From: Macrostomum lignano
Lineage: Eukaryota
Length of the DNA: 64,000 nt
Assembly (NCBI GenBank): GCA_002269645.1
Contig: NIVC01001550.1
Span: 205,307 to 269,306 of the forward strand
Reading direction: 5' to 3'
Shown here: piece by piece, positions 50,805 to 64,000 of the stretch
Layout of the letters: each line of letters opens with the position of its first letter
Numbering within the stretch: the first letter of the stretch is position 1
The notes under the pieces: model-generated
The model's database searches: none
Told to the model about the DNA's origin: nothing
The model's input: the letters and a program-made list of their open reading frames with translations, nothing else
Translations under genes and position numbers: made by a program

Positions 50805-51385
50805 CCCTCTCCACTGCCTGTCACCCTCTCCACTGCCTGTCACCCTCTCCACTGCCTGTCACCCTCTCCACTGCCTGTCACCCTCTCCACTGCCTGTCGC
50901 CCTCTCCACTGCCTGTCGCCCTCTCCACTGCCTGTCACCCTCTCCACTGCCTGTCACCCTCTCCACTGCCTGTCACTCTCTCCACTGCCTGTCACCCTCT
51001 CCACTGCCTGTCACCCTCTCCTCTCTCCACTGCCTGTCACTCTTTCCCTTACTCTACTGCCTGTCACCCTCTCCACTGCCTGTCGCCCTCTCCACTGCCT
51101 GTCGCCCTCTCCACTGCCTGTCACCCTCTCCACTGCCTGTCACCCTCTCCACTGCCTGTCACTCTCTCCACTGCCTGTCACCCTCTCCACTGCCTGTCAC
51201 CCTCTCCTCTCTCCACTGCCTGTCACTCTTTCCCTTACTCTACTGCCTGTCACCCTCTCCTCCCTCCATTTTCTGTCAACCTCCCTCCATTGCCTGTCAC
51301 CCTCCCTCCATTGCCTGTCACCCTCCCTCCATTGCCTGTCACCCTCCCTCCATTGCCTGTCACCCTCCCTCCACTGCCTGTCATC
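50805..51385. repeat. 19-bp minisatellite (CACTGCCTGTCACCCTCTC) with a duplicated higher-order block
   Basis: Tandem copies. Confidence 0.95.
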
Positions 51386-51998
51386 CTCTCCTCTTCTCTG
51401 CCATTCATTTTTGTGACTTTTGTATCACGGATTTAACTCAAACGCTAGCGAACTTTATTTGCCAATCAAGTTATAGTTTAATACCCGCTATTTACTACTT
51501 AGTAGAGACGTAATCAACTTCGTTATTGTAATCTTTAGCAATGTAATCACCCGTTGCCATGCAGTTGGGGTAAATAAAAAATGGATGTATCCAATTTAAG
51601 CATATGAAGAGGTGCTTTGTGTAAATCTTAAGCCAGTTGATCATCGCTTTTAATATCGCGATAGTTTACATGAAATACCCCACCTATATTGCTTTGAGCG
51701 GCCAAATCAAATTTCCCAAGTTCTTAAAAGTGGCTTTACGAAAAAATTAAGTTTAGAAGGTGGAAGCTGGGCCTTTTTAATTTAATATTGTCTCCCAGAC
51801 TGGGCCAGTCCTCCCATGGAGATGCAATCTTCTCATCAGTCACGCCCGGAAAGATGCAGAATGCAATGTGCTGGGCTGCTTTCATTGTGTCGTCACGGAC
51901 TGCAGAGTCAGAATAGGGAGCCTGGGTGATGAAGGGTGATGGTGGGAGTCAGTGCAACTTGCTTTGCTTCTCTAAAGCCGCTGAGTTAGACAGATACT

Positions 51999-52537
<539 letters not shown>

Positions 52538-52934
52538 GTTCAATCTTGCCCTCTCCCCACCCACTCATCCTGCCCAGGTGGGGTGGAGAGCACAGATGAA
52601 GAGGAAGCTGCCTAGTCCACTTCCTGTCAAGGCCCCAGAACCGCAGCCATTTATTGCCCGCTGTTCCCATAGAACATCCACTTAGCCAAGGATTTGCTGG
52701 CAAACTGGTTAATTATCGAGACTCAGCAGTTCCCCAGGCCTGAGCTGGAGTCCTCCTGGCAAATGGAAATTAGCAGATTAATATTGATTCACCAAAATGC
52801 ATCACATAGTATAATGCCTACATGCTTTCCCGGCTGGAACACAGTAATAATTTTAATGATTGCTAAAGCACTGCTTTGCTTTGTAACATTTGGAAACAGA
52901 GTCAAAGTAATAAGCAAAGTCAATGATTGATGAT

Positions 52935-53440
52935 GTCAATAGCGCCAAGCTGATATAAGTGGCGCCAAATGGCTGTCGATGGCGTCAAGCTGATATCAGT
53001 GGCGCCAAATGGCTGTCGATGGCGCCAAGCTGATATCAGTGGCGCCAAATGGCTGTCAATAGCGCCAAGCTGATATCAGTGGTCCCAATTGGCTGTCAAT
53101 AGCGCGAGATGGCTGTCGATGGCGCCAAGCTGATATCAGTGGCGCCTAATGGCTGTCGATGGCGCCCAATGGTTGTCAATAGCGCCAAATGGCTGTAGAT
53201 AGCGCCAAGCTGATATTAGTGGCGCCAAATGGCTGTCAATAGCGCCAAGCTGATATCAGTGGCGCCAAATGGCTGTCGATGGCGCCAAGCTGATATCAGT
53301 GGCGCCAAATGGCTGTCAATAGCGCCAAGCTGATATCAGTGGCGCCAAATGGCTGTCAATAGCGCCAAGCTGATATCAGTGGTGCCAATTGGCTGTCAAT
53401 AGCGCGAGATGGCTGTCGATGGTGCCAAGCTGATATCAGC
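52935..53440. repeat. 40-bp (20+20) minisatellite (GTGGCGCCAAATGGCTGTCAATAGCGCCAAGCTGATATCA)
   Basis: Dimeric tandem unit. Confidence 0.93.
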
Positions 53441-54191
53441 TCGTAGAGCCGATTATCCAGGCTAACATCAAGGCATTTATGAGCAAAGCCAGTAGCAGTG
53501 GACAAACAGCAGGACAAAGTCCAATTCAATCCCATGATTAACAGATGCTGAACTCATAATCACGGATGGATTCCCGGACACAATAGCGCCTGACATTCGC
53601 ATCGCATATTGTCCAGCCCGTGACCCGCCATCCAGCGCCACAGATTGAATTCAATCACACAGAGAGACAGGACCTTAGAGGCAAAATGTCAGCCTCTAGA
53701 AGAAGAGTATTGAAGCCATGCTGTGGGGCCGCAGCTGTGCTCAATAGGATTAAGCAGAAATCCTAGCTGGCAGTTTATTCTCATAATCTCAAGTCCAGAG
53801 AGGAACTCAATTCCCGCCGCATCCTGCCCGAGCAAACAGGCAGGCCTGTCTCACCTCAGTCTCATATCTCCTGTTTTCGAGTCAGCAGATAAAACACATC
53901 CCTAAATATTCGATCTGCTTCGCCACCTCTTGTAGGTCAGACCCTACCCAGACTCCTTGCAGCCATTGGGACTACTTCAGCTTCCATTGGAGCAGTTGAT
54001 TTTTTTGCCCAGCTAGTAATAATCAGGGTTCCTGTCACGCTTCGCGTCCCGCATGAAGCATCCCGACAACAATAAAGCCACCACCCCCCTACTGGATGCC
54101 TAGCAGAGGATGCTGGTTGAGATTGGGCTCAATTTGAACAGATGAGGAGGCCTGCTATAGAAAGATGTGAGTGACTTTTTTCTCTTTGAGT

Positions 54192-54222
<31 letters not shown>

Positions 54223-55509
54223 CACGCCACTTCCTGCACTTTGGGAGCGTGCCTTCCGGTTGCCAGGCGGGCTAGAGAGAGAGGGGGGCAGGTGGGGCTG
54301 AGAGGCGAGGCCATAGGTGGGGTAACCCTGCCAGCCTCATCCGGAGCTGCAGCTTCCGTTTCTCGAGGCCATTCAGCTGAGCTCAAGAGCCCCCGGCCTT
54401 GGAGTTGGGGATGCTGAGCAGTAGTGCTCATGGCGCAATGTCGAAAGAAGGCTCAACTCAAACTCAGACTGAAAAAGCTTCTGGAGCCAACGGGGCTTTA
54501 CTAGCAATATAGCTTGCGGGGGGCGGCTTTCCCCTCATGCTTCAAGAACTTCCTGGCTCCCCAGCCCCGTGACAGCGCTAATGAGGCCGGGCCACTGGCT
54601 GAAGGGGAGGCAGGGGGGGGGGATGGGGAGATCGTAAAGACTGCGCTCTCGCCAAGAATCTCATCTCCAGAATCCCCCATCATATCTTTTCAATCCCCTC
54701 TGCCCCCGCCAGCACCGCCGTGATGTCACATCCCATCACTGCGGATAGTGGCTTCCCAGCGTCTCGTTCCCCAGCCTCCGCTCTTCATCGAGAGCGCGGA
54801 GATTTCCGAGGGATTTCTGGCCAGCTACGGGGGAAAATAAAGAGTGGAGAAGACAGGCGGAGAGCTGGGGGCCCGGCGATAAAATCTGCTAATTCCAGCG
54901 GCCACGATATGGGGAGGAAGGAGGAGTTTTCTCTTTTTGTTTATTCTTGCCTCCCCAGTCTCTAAATCCCCATCCCGCGGCGGCAGGGCGAATGAGGGAG
55001 ACTTTTTTGATCCGTGGGATTATAAAGGCTTCACTGCTGCTCCCACCCCAATCCCTCATTTCTGTCTCTTCAATTCATTTCCCCATTATAAATCAAGAAC
55101 TGCGGCTAGCAAATGAAGTTAGTGAAAGCTCCGCGCTGCGCTCAAAAAGGAAGTTGCCATGGCGGTTGGAGGGGGGGGGCACGGGGGGCTCTAAGCCGGT
55201 TGTTTCTGAGTCGCTCAGCATCCGGCTGCTGCATCGCTTCTGAGATTGTCCCGTTTCTTTTTTATTTGGGAAGACTTCGGAGCCAGGGCGATTCGATTCC
55301 TCGCGTGGCCGCATCAATTTGAGGCTTGGGCTTACCTGGCCTGGGGGTTTGCGTGCGACTCACAGCCGTGAGGGCCAACCTGTGAAGTGTACATGCCTGA
55401 TGATTAGAAAGACAGGACCGATGTACACCCTGTGTGAGCGTGTGTGTGAGTGCGTGGCTGCGTACGAATCCGTGTGGGTGCTCACTGGCTGCGGTTCCAC
55501 TGTCGTCAG

Positions 55510-56385
55510 ATTTGGCTATTTAGAGTCAGATTTGGCTATTTAGAGTCAGATTTGGCTATTTAGAGTCAGATTTGGCTATTTAGAGTCAGATTTGGCTATT
55601 TAGAGTCAGATTTGGCTATTTAGAGTCAGATTTGGCTATTTAGAGTCAGATTTGGCTATTTAGAGTCAGATTTGGCTATTTAGAGTCAGATTTGGCTATT
55701 TAGAGTCAGATTTGGCTATTTAGAGTCAGATTTGGCTATTTAGAGTCAGATTTGGCTATTTAGAGTCAGATTTGGCTATTTAGAGTCAGATTTGGCTATT
55801 TAGAGTCAGATTTGACTATTTAGAGTCAGATTTGGCTATTTAGAGTCAGATTTGGCTATTTAGAGTCAGATTTGGCTATTTAGAGTCAGATTTGGCTATT
55901 TAGAGTCAGATTTAGGTATTTAGAGTCAGATTTGGCTATTTAGAGTCAGATTTAGGTATTTAGAGTCAGATTTGGCTATTTAGAGTCAGATTTTAGGTGT
56001 TTAGAGTCAGATTTTGGTGTTTAGAGTCAGATTTGGGTGTTTAGAGTCAGATTTGGGTATTTAGAGTCAGATTTGGCTATTTAGAGTCAGATTTAGGTAT
56101 TTAGAGTCAGATTTGGCTATTTAGAGTCAGATTTAGGTATTTAGAGACAGATTTGGCTATTTAGAGTCAGATTTAGGGATTTAGAGTCAGATTTGGCTAT
56201 TTAGAGTCAGATTTAGGTATTTAGAGTCAGATTTGGGTATTTAGAGACAGATTTTGGGTATTTAGAGTCAGATTTAGGTATTTAGAGTCAGATTTAGGTA
56301 TTTAGAGTCAGATTTGGGTGTTTAGATTCAGATTTGGGTATTTAGAGTCATATTTAGGTATTTGAGGTCAGATACTGGCATTTCG
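55510..56385. repeat. 20-bp minisatellite (AGTCAGATTTGGCTATTTAG) with divergence increasing toward the 3' end
   Basis: Perfect copies on the left, variants on the right. Confidence 0.97.
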
Positions 56386-57107
56386 TAGATTCAGATATGT
56401 TTTTATATTAGAGTTTGTCATTTAGTTTCAGCTTCCTGCATTTTCATGTCCAAACCAAACAGGCTCTAAAAGCAGTATAAAAAGGTCCCCCGTTACCAGA
56501 AAAGTTTTTTTCCCAGAAAAATCAGGAGAGAAGCGCATCAAAAAGCAGCAGTTTGCAATGACAGCTACAACAGGCCACCCTGGGCCCTACCCTAATCTAC
56601 CTACCCTGAATAGCAGTCATCGCAGTGGATTTCGGGTCAGGAAAGGCCCGCTGTTCACTTCGCACCGTCAGGCCGTGTATGGGTGTGGGGTGGGGGACAT
56701 GCGTCCTGGCGATATTGGGATTCGGGATCTTGCGTCGCCCCCTGTCCTGGTTGGTCGTCGCCCGGATCCCCTATGCCGAAGCAGACTCGTTGGTGCGATC
56801 TTGCGGGGAAGCCCCCGTCCGCCATTCATTCATCCATCCCGCATCCCCCTTGTGCTTTGCGTCCCCCTCTTCAACTCCGCAACTCCCTTCCCCTAGAAGC
56901 AGCAGATTTACCTTAATAACCGAGAAACTCCCGATCCCCCCGTCCACCGCAGCTCTGGCCCCGCCTCCATACCGAACGAAGCCGCGCACATCTGCAGACC
57001 CTGACGGACACCATCAGCTGCTGTTCAAGAAGTTTCTATCGGCAAGAGAGAGAGAGAGAGAAAGCGAGAGAAATCTGCAACGTTAGCCGCAACAGGCTTG
57101 TCTGCTT

Positions 57108-64000
<6,893 letters not shown>

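Overview
Animal genomic DNA with GT-AG spliceosomal introns. It is most likely from a free-living flatworm (Macrostomum-like), inferred from a flatworm-specific zfp-1 zinc-finger signature and from GC-rich exons separated by minisatellite-filled introns. I built eight protein-coding gene models by hand: an ERp72-like PDI-family protein (+), a zfp-1-family C2H2 factor (-), a tandem GRK/AGC-derived pseudokinase (-), an NHL beta-propeller protein (-), CYB5R4/NCB5OR (-), a C18orf63/DUF4708 homolog (-), COMMD3 (+) and a 3-KH poly(C)-binding protein (+) that runs off the window end. About 30 distinct tandem arrays occupy a large part of the window, and many are built from 10-11 bp subunits. Also present are two copies of a tRNA/CORE-type SINE and a decayed 28S rRNA fragment inside an intron. 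Several single-base frameshifts in conserved genes (COMMD3, PCBP) point to long-read indel errors, so frame-dependent claims need read support. Most long ORFs in the supplied track are translations of repeats. The strongest novelty candidates are the double pseudokinase, the helical-turn-based intronic arrays, the SINE with a conserved structured 3' end, and the intronic 28S fragment altered at the R2/I-PpoI target site.
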